Virus record (IMG/VR): IMGVR_UViG_3300028588_000816 | Location: 1 to 38,567 of that record | Source: a virus | Lineage: Duplodnaviria > Caudoviricetes | Strand: one strand, 5' to 3' | DNA: 38,567 bases | In this document: positions 15,392 through 24,935 of the stretch, in pieces | Position numbering within the stretch: position 1 is the stretch's first letter | How the letters are laid out: every line of letters begins with the position of its first letter | The notes under the pieces: generated by a model | The model's database searches: none | What the model was told of the DNA's origin: nothing | What the model saw: only the letters and a program-made list of their open reading frames with translations | Translations under genes and position numbers: made by a program

Positions 15392-15780
15392 ACCTGGACG
15401 ATGACGATACCGTCGACGACCTCCCGGCGCGCCCGCGCAGGGCGATCCCAGCTGCCGACCGCGAGTTGCTCGAGCTGGCTGCGCGCGCATTTGGCGCCAT
15501 GGATGTCGAAGACATCGACGGTGAAGAATGGGTGAACTTACACTTCGCCAACGACACAACCGCTTTCCACTGGAACCCGCTAGTGCATGGTGATGATGCC
15601 CTGGCTCTATCGATTCGCCTGGAGCTGGACGTGCTGCATCGCGTGGTTGGCGGCCGGCGCGTCGAAGTGCTCCCAGCTGGTATGGGTGCAATCGTAGAGC
15701 CGTACAACGGCGATCCTTATGCCGCCACTCGCCGAGCGATTACGCGTGCCGCCGCCGAGATCGCTAAAGTCAACGCCTGA
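15388..15780 (+). CDS. Conserved phage protein (130 aa)
   Basis: DRELLELAARA...WNPLVHGDDALAL...AATRRAITRAAAEI. Confidence 0.75.
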   Translation: MNLDDDDTVDDLPARPRRAIPAADRELLELAARAFGAMDVEDIDGEEWVNLHFANDTTAFHWNPLVHGDDALALSIRLELDVLHRVVGGRRVEVLPAGMGAIVEPYNGDPYAATRRAITRAAAEIAKVNA

Positions 15781-15854
15781 GTTCAGCGCCATCTGCCGTG
15801 TTAGCATGGAAATAACGCGATAGGGATCGCGTATAACGAGAACTGGAGAGCAAA

Positions 15855-16250
15855 ATGGTGCAGGTTAATGGTAAGGATTTGGCTTTTGGAACGTGGTTCA
15901 CAATCCAGCACGAGGGGAGTGCAACTGTCGATCTTCCCTTAGAACCGGGTTTAAAGGCGCGCTTTGAAATTAAACCGTGGACCGGCAATCCAAATTTTTC
16001 GCAAAATATTAAGGATGAAGTTGAGCGAAAGAACTGGGAGCAAGATGTGCGAGTTGTTGCGAATGGTAATGAGCTGCATGTTTTGATGCCGTATCTGCTC
16101 GCGTATGTAGCGGATATCCGGACCGGGGATTTTGGAATTAGCACTGGTGAGCGTATCGACTTTCACCTTGTGCGACAGCAGGTTATGGGCGCGATGCTGG
16201 TCCATATTGCCTTCTACCGCAAGCCTAAACCGAATTTTGGCGCGCGGTAA
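15855..16250 (+). CDS. Lower-GC hypothetical protein (moron-like, 131 aa)
   Basis: GGAG RBS; AT-richer codon usage. Confidence 0.65.
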   Translation: MVQVNGKDLAFGTWFTIQHEGSATVDLPLEPGLKARFEIKPWTGNPNFSQNIKDEVERKNWEQDVRVVANGNELHVLMPYLLAYVADIRTGDFGISTGERIDFHLVRQQVMGAMLVHIAFYRKPKPNFGAR

Positions 16251-16266
16251 AATTTCCATATGTCAC

Positions 16267-16295
16267 TTGACAGTAGGAAATCTCAGCGGTAAATT
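16267..16295 (+). promoter_or_regulatory. Late promoter pR'-like
   Basis: TTGACA-17-TAAATT upstream of a terminator and terS. Confidence 0.75.
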
Positions 16296-16372
16296 CCCAT
16301 CTACAACTTAATTCCGTCCAGAAATTGACGTGCGCGGGTGCCTGATGGCAGCCCGCGGCGACTCCGGACCAG

Positions 16373-16404
16373 AGCCCCGCACTCAGCAATGATGCGGGGC
16401 TTTT
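16373..16404 (+). terminator. tR'-like intrinsic terminator
   Basis: AGCCCCGCA...TGCGGGGCT followed by TTT. Confidence 0.75.
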
Positions 16405-16418
16405 GCATTCCAACCACC

Positions 16419-16958
16419 ATGAGCGAAAAGAAACCAGCCAAGCCGCCGCGCAAGCCCGCAGCGAAGAAGGCCGTGGCGAAGCCGCTCGGGCGGCCCAGCA
16501 AATACACGAAGAAGGTCGCCGACCAGATCTGCGCGCGCATCGCCGACGGTGAGCCGCTGCGCCAGATCTGCCGCGATCCCAAGATGCCGGCCTGGCGCAC
16601 TGTCTACGATTGGAAGGCAGCGGACCCGGACTTTGCCGCACGCATCGCCCATGCGCGCGAGGCCGGCCATGACGCCATCGCCCAGGAATGCCTGGACATC
16701 GCCGACGAGACGACCCACGACACGCTTTCCACCGAACACGGCGACCGCCCGAACACTGAGTGGATCAGCCGCTCGAAGCTGCGCATCGAGACGCGCCTGA
16801 AGCTGCTCGCCAAGTGGGAACCATCGCGCTACGGCGAGAAGATGACGCAAGAGCTGACCGGCAAGAATGGCGGCCCGATCCAGCACCAGGTCGCGCAAAT
16901 GACCGATGAAGAACTGGATGCCGCGATCGCGAAGGCAGCAGCAGCTGCGCATCCGTAA
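16419..16958 (+). CDS. terS: Terminase small subunit (Sf6/P22-like)
   Basis: GRPSKYT...ICARIADGEPLRQIC...MPAWRTVYDW...LRIETRLKLLAKW.P.RYGEK...ELTGKNGGPI. Confidence 0.92.
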   Translation: MSEKKPAKPPRKPAAKKAVAKPLGRPSKYTKKVADQICARIADGEPLRQICRDPKMPAWRTVYDWKAADPDFAARIAHAREAGHDAIAQECLDIADETTHDTLSTEHGDRPNTEWISRSKLRIETRLKLLAKWEPSRYGEKMTQELTGKNGGPIQHQVAQMTDEELDAAIAKAAAAAHP

Positions 16959-17096
16959 CGAGCAATACCGAAGCGCAGCGGCATAACCCGCTTTGTGTCG
17001 ACTGGTCATCACCTGCGGTCGCGACGCTTCTGACAGGCCGGAACAGCACGGCCACCAATTCCAGTGTCTCCATCCCTGGCCGAAACCCAGGGACTT

Positions 17097-17119
17097 GCCC
17101 GCCGCGTGCGGGCCTTTTT
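17097..17119 (+). terminator. Intrinsic terminator-like hairpin after terS
   Basis: GCCCGC-CGCGT-GCGGGC followed by CTTTTT. Confidence 0.6.
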
Positions 17120-17134
17120 ATTCGAAGGTGAACC

Positions 17135-17608
17135 ATGGCCGCTCCTGGCGCAATCGTCGTGCCGAACAGGGCACGCCTCAACCTGTTCAACGCTACCAAC
17201 CTGCTCGGCGCCGATGCGTCGAAGTTCAAAGTGGCCCTGGTCGGATCCGGCTGGGCGCCGGACAACGGCGACACCGGCAACGAGGTCTGGGCGGATGCCT
17301 CGGGCAACGAGATCACCGCCGGTGGCGGCTACACGGCCGGCGGCGTCGCCCTCACCGGCGTGTCGCTGACCCAGACGGGCGGCACCGTGAAGTTCACCAG
17401 CGGCGCAGCCCAGTGGACGGCCACCGGCAGCGGCATCGCGGCCTGGCGCCGTGGCGTCATCTACTACGCCGGTACGCTGAACGGCAAGGTGAACCCGATT
17501 GTCGGCCACTTCCTGGGCGATTCCGCGCCGGCCGACGTGCCGGCCACCACCGCGCCGAACACGCTGACCGTGACCCCGAACGCTTCGGGGCTGCTGACCG
17601 CGAGCTGA
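17135..17608 (+). CDS. Putative virion structural protein (157 aa, beta-rich)
   Basis: FKVALV...NEITAGGGYTAGGVALTG...; Gly/Thr/Ala rich. Confidence 0.65.
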   Translation: MAAPGAIVVPNRARLNLFNATNLLGADASKFKVALVGSGWAPDNGDTGNEVWADASGNEITAGGGYTAGGVALTGVSLTQTGGTVKFTSGAAQWTATGSGIAAWRRGVIYYAGTLNGKVNPIVGHFLGDSAPADVPATTAPNTLTVTPNASGLLTAS

Positions 17609-17610
17609 TC

Positions 17611-18039
17611 ATGCCTAGCATCCGCGATCGCATCCTCGGGCTGACGGCCCTGATCCCGGCCCGGCTCAACCGCAACCTGGACGCCCTCGCCGCCGGCCTG
17701 AACGCTGCGCCGCCGAAGGTGCTGTCGACCCGCTACGTCAACGCGCAGAACATCCTGTCGGAATGCGCGGATGGCGCGGACATCATCAGCCGGCTGAACG
17801 GCGCCACCAGCACGAACAGCACCGTCAAGTACGTGATGCTCACCCTGGTGCAGGACAAAGGCCTGAACGTCGGCGACCCGACGATCCAGGCGGTGTTCGA
17901 CACCCTGACCACAGGCCTGGTGCCGGTGCTGACCGCATCCCACGCTGCGCAGCTGAAGAATCTGGCCATGCTGCCGCAGATGGTCACCCGCACCGACGTC
18001 GAGGCGGCGATGTACAACCCTGATGGGACTGAGAAATGA
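17611..18039 (+). CDS. Hypothetical protein (142 aa)
   Basis: MPSIRDRILGL...; tightly packed with neighbours. Confidence 0.7.
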   Translation: MPSIRDRILGLTALIPARLNRNLDALAAGLNAAPPKVLSTRYVNAQNILSECADGADIISRLNGATSTNSTVKYVMLTLVQDKGLNVGDPTIQAVFDTLTTGLVPVLTASHAAQLKNLAMLPQMVTRTDVEAAMYNPDGTEK

Positions 18040-18416
18040 CCGCACCAACCCGCTCCACCGTCACCATCTTCGCCGCGCTGGCCATCGCGCCCGGCGGCAC
18101 CAAGGCAGTACCGGCAGCGAACGGCGCCGGCACTTGGATCGATGTACGCGGTCTCAACGGCGGCCAGCTGGCCTGGAGCGTCAAGAACAGCGTGAACGCG
18201 CCTGGCGTGCAGGGCCAATTCACGCTGCAGGTGGCCGACGATGCGAACGGCACGAACGCCACCGACTTGTGGACCGGTGGCGGCGACACCGTGGCTAACA
18301 GCGAAAACACCGGCCTGATCGACCTGCCAGCAACGGCATCGTTCGTCCGGGCGCTCAACTATGGCAACACCACCAACAGCGTAACGTTCCGCCACCTGCT
18401 CTTCGCAAAGGCCTGA
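18036..18416 (+). CDS. Hypothetical beta-rich protein (126 aa)
   Basis: ATGA overlap; alternating beta-strand pattern. Confidence 0.7.
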   Translation: MTAPTRSTVTIFAALAIAPGGTKAVPAANGAGTWIDVRGLNGGQLAWSVKNSVNAPGVQGQFTLQVADDANGTNATDLWTGGGDTVANSENTGLIDLPATASFVRALNYGNTTNSVTFRHLLFAKA

Positions 18417-18417
18417 T

Positions 18418-19629
18418 ATGCGAGGCATGCGCTACCAGCCGCAAGGTGCTCCCCGCCTCAATCGCCGGCACAAGCTCGCGGCCGGCGCGCAGGCCATCCT
18501 GCTGGCGTCCGAGAACCTCAACCTGGCCACGGCCAAGCCGCTTGCGACTTCCGGCGTCGGCTTTCTCAAGCAGGGCTTCCCGGCCGGTCGAGCATGGTCG
18601 TTCCGCAAGAACTTCTACATCCAGACCGAGACACTGCCGGCGATTGGTACCGCCAGCTTCGTCGAATTCTGGTACGGCTACCCTGCTGCGGACGCGTTTG
18701 CATCCGGAAGCAACACCTCGCCGGGTTTCCTGACCGGGTCGAACGCGAACCAGATCGGTATCGCCGGCACGGTGGGCGACAGATCGGATTCGGACTATTC
18801 ATTCTGGGGTGCGGTCTACAACTGGCCGACGGTGACAAGTGCTGGTGAGGCGCTGACGCCTGGTCAACTCACGCTGCTGGTGGTGGTACGCCGGCAGACG
18901 GGCATGGAGTTCTGGCGCAACGGACGCATGGTGCGATTCGTGGCGCAGCCACCAGTCAGCTACCCGGCCGAGACGATGATTTGCGGTGCGTTTGTCGAGG
19001 CCCAGTTCTGGACATCGTCAAGCGATACGCTCATGGCCGGCCGCGTGCTCACACCGACCGAGCCGACCGCCGACGAGATCAAGCAGTTCTCGGCGAACCC
19101 CTGGCAGCTGTTCCTGGCGCCGCACGAAGAGGAAGAGGTTCCGGCGGCGGCAAACACAGCCATTGCCCCCAGCGCCGGTCCACTCACGATCACCGGGTTC
19201 GCCCCGAGCGTGGCGCGCGGCGTCACGACCGACACCGCACCTGGTGCCGCAGGCCTGACCATTGCCGGATACGCGCCCAGCATCACCCAGGGCCTGACCA
19301 AGACCATTCCGCCCGCGCCCGCGAGCCTGACCTTGACCGGCTACGCGCCGGCCGTGAGCCAGACCGCGGCGCGCAACACAGACCTGGCGCCGGCGGCCCT
19401 CACCATCACCGGGCATGCACCAACGGTGACGCGCGGGGCAAGCCAGACCATCCCGGCCGGCGCCGCAGTGCCGTCGACCCTGCAGCTGCGCGGCTATGCG
19501 CCGACGATCACCCAGGCCAACAACGTGACGCCGCACATGTACGACGCCACGATCATGCGGCTGAGCGCCGTGCGCGGCGTCGCCGATCTCGGGCCCGACC
19601 GAATCCAACAAACAGCGGACCTGCTATGA
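18418..19629 (+). CDS. Putative fibre/adhesin: LamG/ConA-like domain plus five ~25-aa repeats
   Basis: LTLLVVVRRQTGMEFWRNG...EIKQFSANPWQLF; repeats LTITGFAPSV, LTIAGYAPSI, LTLTGYAPAV, LTITGHAPTV, LQLRGYAPTI. Confidence 0.65.
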   Translation: MRGMRYQPQGAPRLNRRHKLAAGAQAILLASENLNLATAKPLATSGVGFLKQGFPAGRAWSFRKNFYIQTETLPAIGTASFVEFWYGYPAADAFASGSNTSPGFLTGSNANQIGIAGTVGDRSDSDYSFWGAVYNWPTVTSAGEALTPGQLTLLVVVRRQTGMEFWRNGRMVRFVAQPPVSYPAETMICGAFVEAQFWTSSSDTLMAGRVLTPTEPTADEIKQFSANPWQLFLAPHEEEEVPAAANTAIAPSAGPLTITGFAPSVARGVTTDTAPGAAGLTIAGYAPSITQGLTKTIPPAPASLTLTGYAPAVSQTAARNTDLAPAALTITGHAPTVTRGASQTIPAGAAVPSTLQLRGYAPTITQANNVTPHMYDATIMRLSAVRGVADLGPDRIQQTADLL

Positions 19630-19937
19630 AGAACCCCAACGTCGGCGAATACGGCATCGCCTACGACGTGAACGTCAATTACGACCTGTCGGCGGCGACA
19701 TCGGTACAGATGGACATCGCGCGCCCGGACGGCAGCAAGCTCGCCGGCCCGGCCGTCGTCGGCCTGGTCGATCTGGTCACCCAGGACATGGGCACATTTG
19801 CCGCGAAGAAGTACTGCACGTACACCTTCAAGGATGGCGACCTGAACCAGCCCGGCGACTACGTCGCGCGCGTGATCTACACCGACAGCACGAAACGCCT
19901 GATTTCCGACCCAATAGCATTCACCGTGAACCCATGA
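19626..19937 (+). CDS. Ig-like/BppU-N-like small structural protein (103 aa)
   Basis: YDLSAATSVQMDIARPDGS...YTFKDGDLNQPGDY...FTV. Confidence 0.6.
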   Translation: MKNPNVGEYGIAYDVNVNYDLSAATSVQMDIARPDGSKLAGPAVVGLVDLVTQDMGTFAAKKYCTYTFKDGDLNQPGDYVARVIYTDSTKRLISDPIAFTVNP

Positions 19938-21394
19938 CAGCAACCACTCGAGCTGAGAAGGAGCGGCTGCTCCTCCTGCTCGAGGAAAAAAAGCGGCGCG
20001 CCTTCGTCTACCGCTACCGCACGCTGCACGCCAACCTGTACCCGTGGCAGCAGGAATTCAACGCCAACACGGCGATCTACACCCAGGTGTGCCTGATCGC
20101 CGCGAACCGGATCGGCAAGACCTACACCGGCACCTACCTCGATGCGGTGCACGCGCTCGGTGACTACCCGGCCGGCTGGCAGGGCCACATCTTCGAGCAC
20201 CCGCCGCTGATCTGGTGCCTGGGCTACTCGGGCGAGAAGACGCGCGACCTGCTGCAGGAGCCGATCGTCGGCAAGAAGGATGGCACGAAGTTCGCCGGCG
20301 GCCTGGTGCCGCCCGAGCACATCAAGGACTACGAGTCGATGGCCGGCACGCCGAACGCCCTGCGCACGGTCTACATCCGCCAGGTCGGCGGCGGCGACAT
20401 CCAGGGCGGCGACGCGGCGATCCAGTTCTGGTCCTACTCGCAGGGCCAGCACGCCCTGATGGGCGACAGCGTGGACTGGTTCCACATCGACGAGGAGCCG
20501 CGCGACGACAAGATCTTCCCGCAGGTGCTGACCCGAACCGCGACCGGCGACAAGGGGCGCGGCGGCCGCGGCATCCTGACCTTCACGCCGGAGAATGGCC
20601 GCACCGACCTGGTCATCCAGTTCATGGATTCGCCGGCGCCGGCGCAGAAATACATGCAGAAGGGCTGGGACGATGCGCCCCACCTCAGCCAGCAGGCGAA
20701 GGAAAGCCTGCTGGCCAGTTACCCCGCCTACCAGCGGGACATGCGAACGAAAGGGGTTCCAATGCTGGGCCACGGACGAATCTACGACCTGGCGGAAGAC
20801 GCTGTCACCTGCAAGGCCTTCGATATCCCGCGGCACTGGGCGCTCATCGACGGCATGGACTTCGGCTGGGACCACCCGCAGGCGCACGTGCAGCTGGCGT
20901 GGGACCGCGACAACGACGTGATCTACGTCACCCGGGCCTGGAAGAAGAGCCTGGCCAAGCCGATCGAGGCCTGGGGCGCAGTCAAGGTCTGGGCCCAGGG
21001 CGTGCCCACCGCCTGGCCGCACGACGGGCTGCAGACCGAAAAGGGAAGCGCGATCGAGCTGAAGACGTACTACAGCGACGCCGGCTTCACCATGCTGGCC
21101 GAACACGCCACCTGGCCGGACGGCGGCAACGGCGTCGAGGTCGGGCTGATGGAGATTCGCGACCTGATGCTTGCCGGGAAGTTCAAGGTCTTCGAAGGCC
21201 TGCGCGACTGGTTCGAGGAATTCTTGCAGTACCACCGCGACGAGAAAGGCAAGATCGTCAAGATCCGCGACGACTTGATGAGTGCGACCCGCTACGCCTA
21301 CATGATGCGGCGCTACGCGATCGCGAAGCGCGACACCGAGAACATGGCCGAGCTGGCCCAGGCAATGCCTGACGAAGACGGACTTTATTTCTGA
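19934..21394 (+). CDS. terL: Terminase large subunit (P22 gp2-like)
   Basis: AANRIGKT Walker A, HIDEEP Walker B, LTFTPENG, GMDFGWDHP, DDLMSATRY. Confidence 0.95.
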   Translation: MTATTRAEKERLLLLLEEKKRRAFVYRYRTLHANLYPWQQEFNANTAIYTQVCLIAANRIGKTYTGTYLDAVHALGDYPAGWQGHIFEHPPLIWCLGYSGEKTRDLLQEPIVGKKDGTKFAGGLVPPEHIKDYESMAGTPNALRTVYIRQVGGGDIQGGDAAIQFWSYSQGQHALMGDSVDWFHIDEEPRDDKIFPQVLTRTATGDKGRGGRGILTFTPENGRTDLVIQFMDSPAPAQKYMQKGWDDAPHLSQQAKESLLASYPAYQRDMRTKGVPMLGHGRIYDLAEDAVTCKAFDIPRHWALIDGMDFGWDHPQAHVQLAWDRDNDVIYVTRAWKKSLAKPIEAWGAVKVWAQGVPTAWPHDGLQTEKGSAIELKTYYSDAGFTMLAEHATWPDGGNGVEVGLMEIRDLMLAGKFKVFEGLRDWFEEFLQYHRDEKGKIVKIRDDLMSATRYAYMMRRYAIAKRDTENMAELAQAMPDEDGLYF

Positions 21395-23568
21395 TGACTG
21401 CCCCACTCCAAGACCACATGGCCCTGGCCGACCTGCTGCACACCCGCCTGACCGGCTGGGAGCAGGCGCGCAAGCCGCAAGAGCTCAAGATGCTGGACTG
21501 CTACCAGGACGTCATGCGCATCCCGCGCGAGGACGACACCAAGGGTACCGGCGCCGCGCGCGCGAAGAAGGCGGCCGGCCTGTTCATCGGGTCGACCCGC
21601 AACAAGGTGCGCGCCGCCCGGGCAAAGATCAACGATGCGCTGTTCGGCTCGGGCAAGCTGCCGTTCGACACCAGCCCGACGAACGAGGAGCTGGCACCGT
21701 TCGCCGACGCCGTCGAGGACATCCTTACCGAGCAGTTCGAGCGCATGGGCCTGAAGGCGCTGCTCAAAACCGGCGTCAACACACTGGCCACCTACGGCAC
21801 CGGCTTCATGTTCGGGCCGTTCGTGCGCACCGAGACCCTGGTCGAGACGCGCGCCGACAACAGCCTGGGCGTCACCCAGCTGGTGGAAGACAAATACGAG
21901 TTCGACGTACCCTACTTCGACCTGGCCAACACGCTCGACGTGTTCCCGGATCCGGAAGCGCGCGACCTCGGCTCGGGACTGGGCGTGTTCTGGGCGACGA
22001 TGGAGTCGCCGCATACGGTTGCGGCCTGGAAGAACGACAGGCGCTACACCAACATCAACCTGGCCCTGCAGGCGCCCGGCGACAACGTGGCGACCGGCGG
22101 CAGCGAACACGCGGGCCAGATGCGCGCCAACGTCGACTACTGGCACAAGAACAGCCGGATCAAGGTGGCGCGCTTCTTCGGCAAGGTCCCTAAATCGCTG
22201 ATGCCCGGCGCTGCGCCGGCGGAAGACGCTGCGCCGGCGGCGCCGGCCGGCTCGGGCGAGATGGTCGACGCGGTCGTGATCATGGCCGGCGGCGTAGTGG
22301 TCAAGGTCGACGAGTCGCCCTACCGGGGCAAGAGCGCCGGCATGCGCGCCGTCTATGAAGCGGTCGAGCACGAAATGTGGGGCGTGGGCGTGGCCGAGAA
22401 CAATGCGCCGCACCAGAAGGTGGTGAACGCCGCGTTCCGCCTGGTGATGGAGGGCAAGGGCATGGCCCTGCTGGGCACCGCCAGCGTGGACCGTTCGAAG
22501 TTCGCCGCCACCGAGGATTTCCGGAAATACCCGGGCAAGGTGTACCAGTTCAAGCCGAACCTGTCTCCGGACGAGCGCAAGACCGCCATCATCCACCACG
22601 TCGAGCCGGACATCACCGACGGCTGGCGCGACATGATCGGGATGAGCGAGCAGTTCAGCGACGACGACACCGGCATCACGAAATACACCCAGGGCGACGA
22701 TAGCAGCCACCTGAACAAGACGGCCACCGGCATCAGCATGATCATGTCGGCATCGTCGCTGCCGATCAAGGAAGTGATCCAGAACGTCGACGACATGTGG
22801 ATCGAGGAAATCGTCGAGCGCACCATTGCCTGGAACCTGAAATACCTCGACGTCGAGACGGTCCGGAAAATCCACGGCAACGCGATCGCCGAGAAATGGG
22901 CCCAGATCAAGCAGTTCGGCAAGACCTCGTTCATGGAATGGCATGCCACCGGCACCGCCAGCTTCATGCAGAAGGAGATCCTGACCAACAAAATCCGCGC
23001 GTTCGCCGACTTTGCCCTGTCCAATCCGGCAACGGCACCGCTGGTCGATGCGCGCGAGCTGCTCGAGCAGACCTGGGACGTGATGGAAATCGGCCGCGAA
23101 AGCCCGATCCTGAAGGACGAGGATGGGCAGAACCTGCCACCGCAGGTCCAGCAGAAGATGCAGGCGCTGCAGGAGCAGATCAAGGCCATGGGGGACGCGC
23201 TGAACAACGCGCACGACGAGGTGAAGAAACTCGAGGCCGCCGCTGGCAACAAGGATGGCGAGCTGCAGGTGAAGGCGTACGACGCCGAGACGAAGCGCAT
23301 GCAGGTGATCGCGCCGGCCATGTCGCCCGAGCAGATCGTCGAGCTGGTGCAGCAGACCTTGATGAGCATCTTGACCCAGCCGGCGCCGCTCGAGCCGGCG
23401 GCCTCGGAAGCGCCGGCCGAACAGGCCATGCCCGAGCAGCACATGACCATGCCGCTGGACCAGCTGCCGCCCGACCAGGTGGAGACTGAGCACATGGAGC
23501 CAATGGTGGAACCAGGCCTGCCGGGCGCCGACCTGGCGCAGCCGCCCATGACCGAACAGCCGCTGTAG
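21394..23568 (+). CDS. Portal protein (724 aa, podovirus type)
   Basis: Follows terL; WGVGVAE, TATGISM motifs; C-terminal coiled coil. Confidence 0.88.
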   Translation: MTAPLQDHMALADLLHTRLTGWEQARKPQELKMLDCYQDVMRIPREDDTKGTGAARAKKAAGLFIGSTRNKVRAARAKINDALFGSGKLPFDTSPTNEELAPFADAVEDILTEQFERMGLKALLKTGVNTLATYGTGFMFGPFVRTETLVETRADNSLGVTQLVEDKYEFDVPYFDLANTLDVFPDPEARDLGSGLGVFWATMESPHTVAAWKNDRRYTNINLALQAPGDNVATGGSEHAGQMRANVDYWHKNSRIKVARFFGKVPKSLMPGAAPAEDAAPAAPAGSGEMVDAVVIMAGGVVVKVDESPYRGKSAGMRAVYEAVEHEMWGVGVAENNAPHQKVVNAAFRLVMEGKGMALLGTASVDRSKFAATEDFRKYPGKVYQFKPNLSPDERKTAIIHHVEPDITDGWRDMIGMSEQFSDDDTGITKYTQGDDSSHLNKTATGISMIMSASSLPIKEVIQNVDDMWIEEIVERTIAWNLKYLDVETVRKIHGNAIAEKWAQIKQFGKTSFMEWHATGTASFMQKEILTNKIRAFADFALSNPATAPLVDARELLEQTWDVMEIGRESPILKDEDGQNLPPQVQQKMQALQEQIKAMGDALNNAHDEVKKLEAAAGNKDGELQVKAYDAETKRMQVIAPAMSPEQIVELVQQTLMSILTQPAPLEPAASEAPAEQAMPEQHMTMPLDQLPPDQVETEHMEPMVEPGLPGADLAQPPMTEQPL

Positions 23569-23585
23569 CGGCAGAAAGCAATCCG

Positions 23586-23792
23586 ATGGACCGGCTCGAC
23601 ACTGCAATCCTGTCCCCGCTGGTCACCCGGGCCGCCATCCTGGCGCGCATCGATGTGATCGAGAGGGAAACCGCTGCGGCGCTGCTGCGCGGCGTGAGCA
23701 ACGCGGCCGAGTACAAGGCCATCAACAACATCATGGCCGAGCAGCACGCTGAGGCACGCGTGTTCGCCGCGCCGGCACCGGGCAAACCATGA
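23586..23792 (+). CDS. Hypothetical protein (68 aa)
   Basis: Operon packing. Confidence 0.6.
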   Translation: MDRLDTAILSPLVTRAAILARIDVIERETAAALLRGVSNAAEYKAINNIMAEQHAEARVFAAPAPGKP

Positions 23793-24031
23793 CACGGACC
23801 GAACAGATCGAAGCGACGCTGCTGGCCATCCGACCCGGGTGGCCTTCTTTTTTGGCGGAGCTGCAAGCCCAGACCGAGCGCGAGATCGAGCGCCTGGTCA
23901 TCCAGAACAACGAGGAAACGCGCGGCCGCATCAAGGCGCTGCGCGACCTCATGAATTTGCCGGAAGCGCTCGAAGCCGAGCGCGACGGCATTCTCGCCGC
24001 CGAATTACCCGACGAGGGCTCGGCACTTTAA
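23789..24031 (+). CDS. Small head-region protein (80 aa)
   Basis: PGWPSFLAEL...RGRIKALRDLMNLPE; lies between portal and scaffold. Confidence 0.7.
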   Translation: MTRTEQIEATLLAIRPGWPSFLAELQAQTEREIERLVIQNNEETRGRIKALRDLMNLPEALEAERDGILAAELPDEGSAL

Positions 24032-24070
24032 AACGTGGATTAGCGCGCACGCGCCCCATACGGAGCACAA

Positions 24071-24922
24071 ATGTCACACAACCTCGATCCAGAAGAATGG
24101 CAACGCCAGTACGACGAAGCGGCAGCGAAACTCGATGCGGCGCCCGGCCAGGGCACTACCGCACGCGATGCTGATGGCCGCTTCGCGCTGGCGCCAGAAC
24201 CTGCGGCACCGGCAACGGCGCCCGCAGCGGCACCTGCTGCTGACCCGGCGCCGGCCGCCGAAGCCGACAAGCCGGTCGATCCGCCCGCCGACGCAGCACC
24301 CGGCGGCGAGCCGGCGAAGCCTGCCGATCCGCTCGCCGAAGCGCTGGCCCGCGCGGACCGTGCGGAGAAGATGGCCCGCGACAACCAGGTGGCGTTCACC
24401 CGCGCCGCCCAGGAAGCCGCGGCGCTGCGCCGCGCGCAGGAACAGCGCGAACGCGACGCCGCCAAGCCGGCCATCCTGGATGCGAATCCGGACCTGGCTG
24501 ACGCCATCCGTTACGTCGCCAGCGACCCGACCCCGCAACACCAGGCGGCCGAGCGCGCCGCAGCCTTCCAGTCGACTATCGAGAAAGTCCACCCGGACGC
24601 GTTCTCGACCGACATGCCGGAAGAGCTGCAGCAGTCGATCGCCAAAGCCTGGGAAGGCCTGGGCGACGGCGCGGGCGATCCGCTGGAAGTGGTTCGTGTG
24701 ATCACGCAGGAAAAACTGGCGTTCCACGAACGCCAGGTCGGGAAGCGCTTCGCAGCTGAAGCGGCCCGGCAGCAGGAAAAATCCGCGATGAGCGTCCCCA
24801 GCCCGGGCGCGTCGTCGGTGGCGCGCGCCCCCGAGGATGCCCAGCTGGCGGAGGTGAAGCGCATCCAGAGCATGAGCGACGCCGACTTCGCCAAGGAAGT
24901 GCGCCGCGTCAAAGGCTATTAA
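24071..24922 (+). CDS. Capsid scaffolding protein
   Basis: Acidic Ala/Pro-rich helical protein, RDADGRF, C-terminal MSDADFAKEV; precedes the capsid gene. Confidence 0.8.
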   Translation: MSHNLDPEEWQRQYDEAAAKLDAAPGQGTTARDADGRFALAPEPAAPATAPAAAPAADPAPAAEADKPVDPPADAAPGGEPAKPADPLAEALARADRAEKMARDNQVAFTRAAQEAAALRRAQEQRERDAAKPAILDANPDLADAIRYVASDPTPQHQAAERAAAFQSTIEKVHPDAFSTDMPEELQQSIAKAWEGLGDGAGDPLEVVRVITQEKLAFHERQVGKRFAAEAARQQEKSAMSVPSPGASSVARAPEDAQLAEVKRIQSMSDADFAKEVRRVKGY

Positions 24923-24935
24923 ATAGGAGTTTTAC

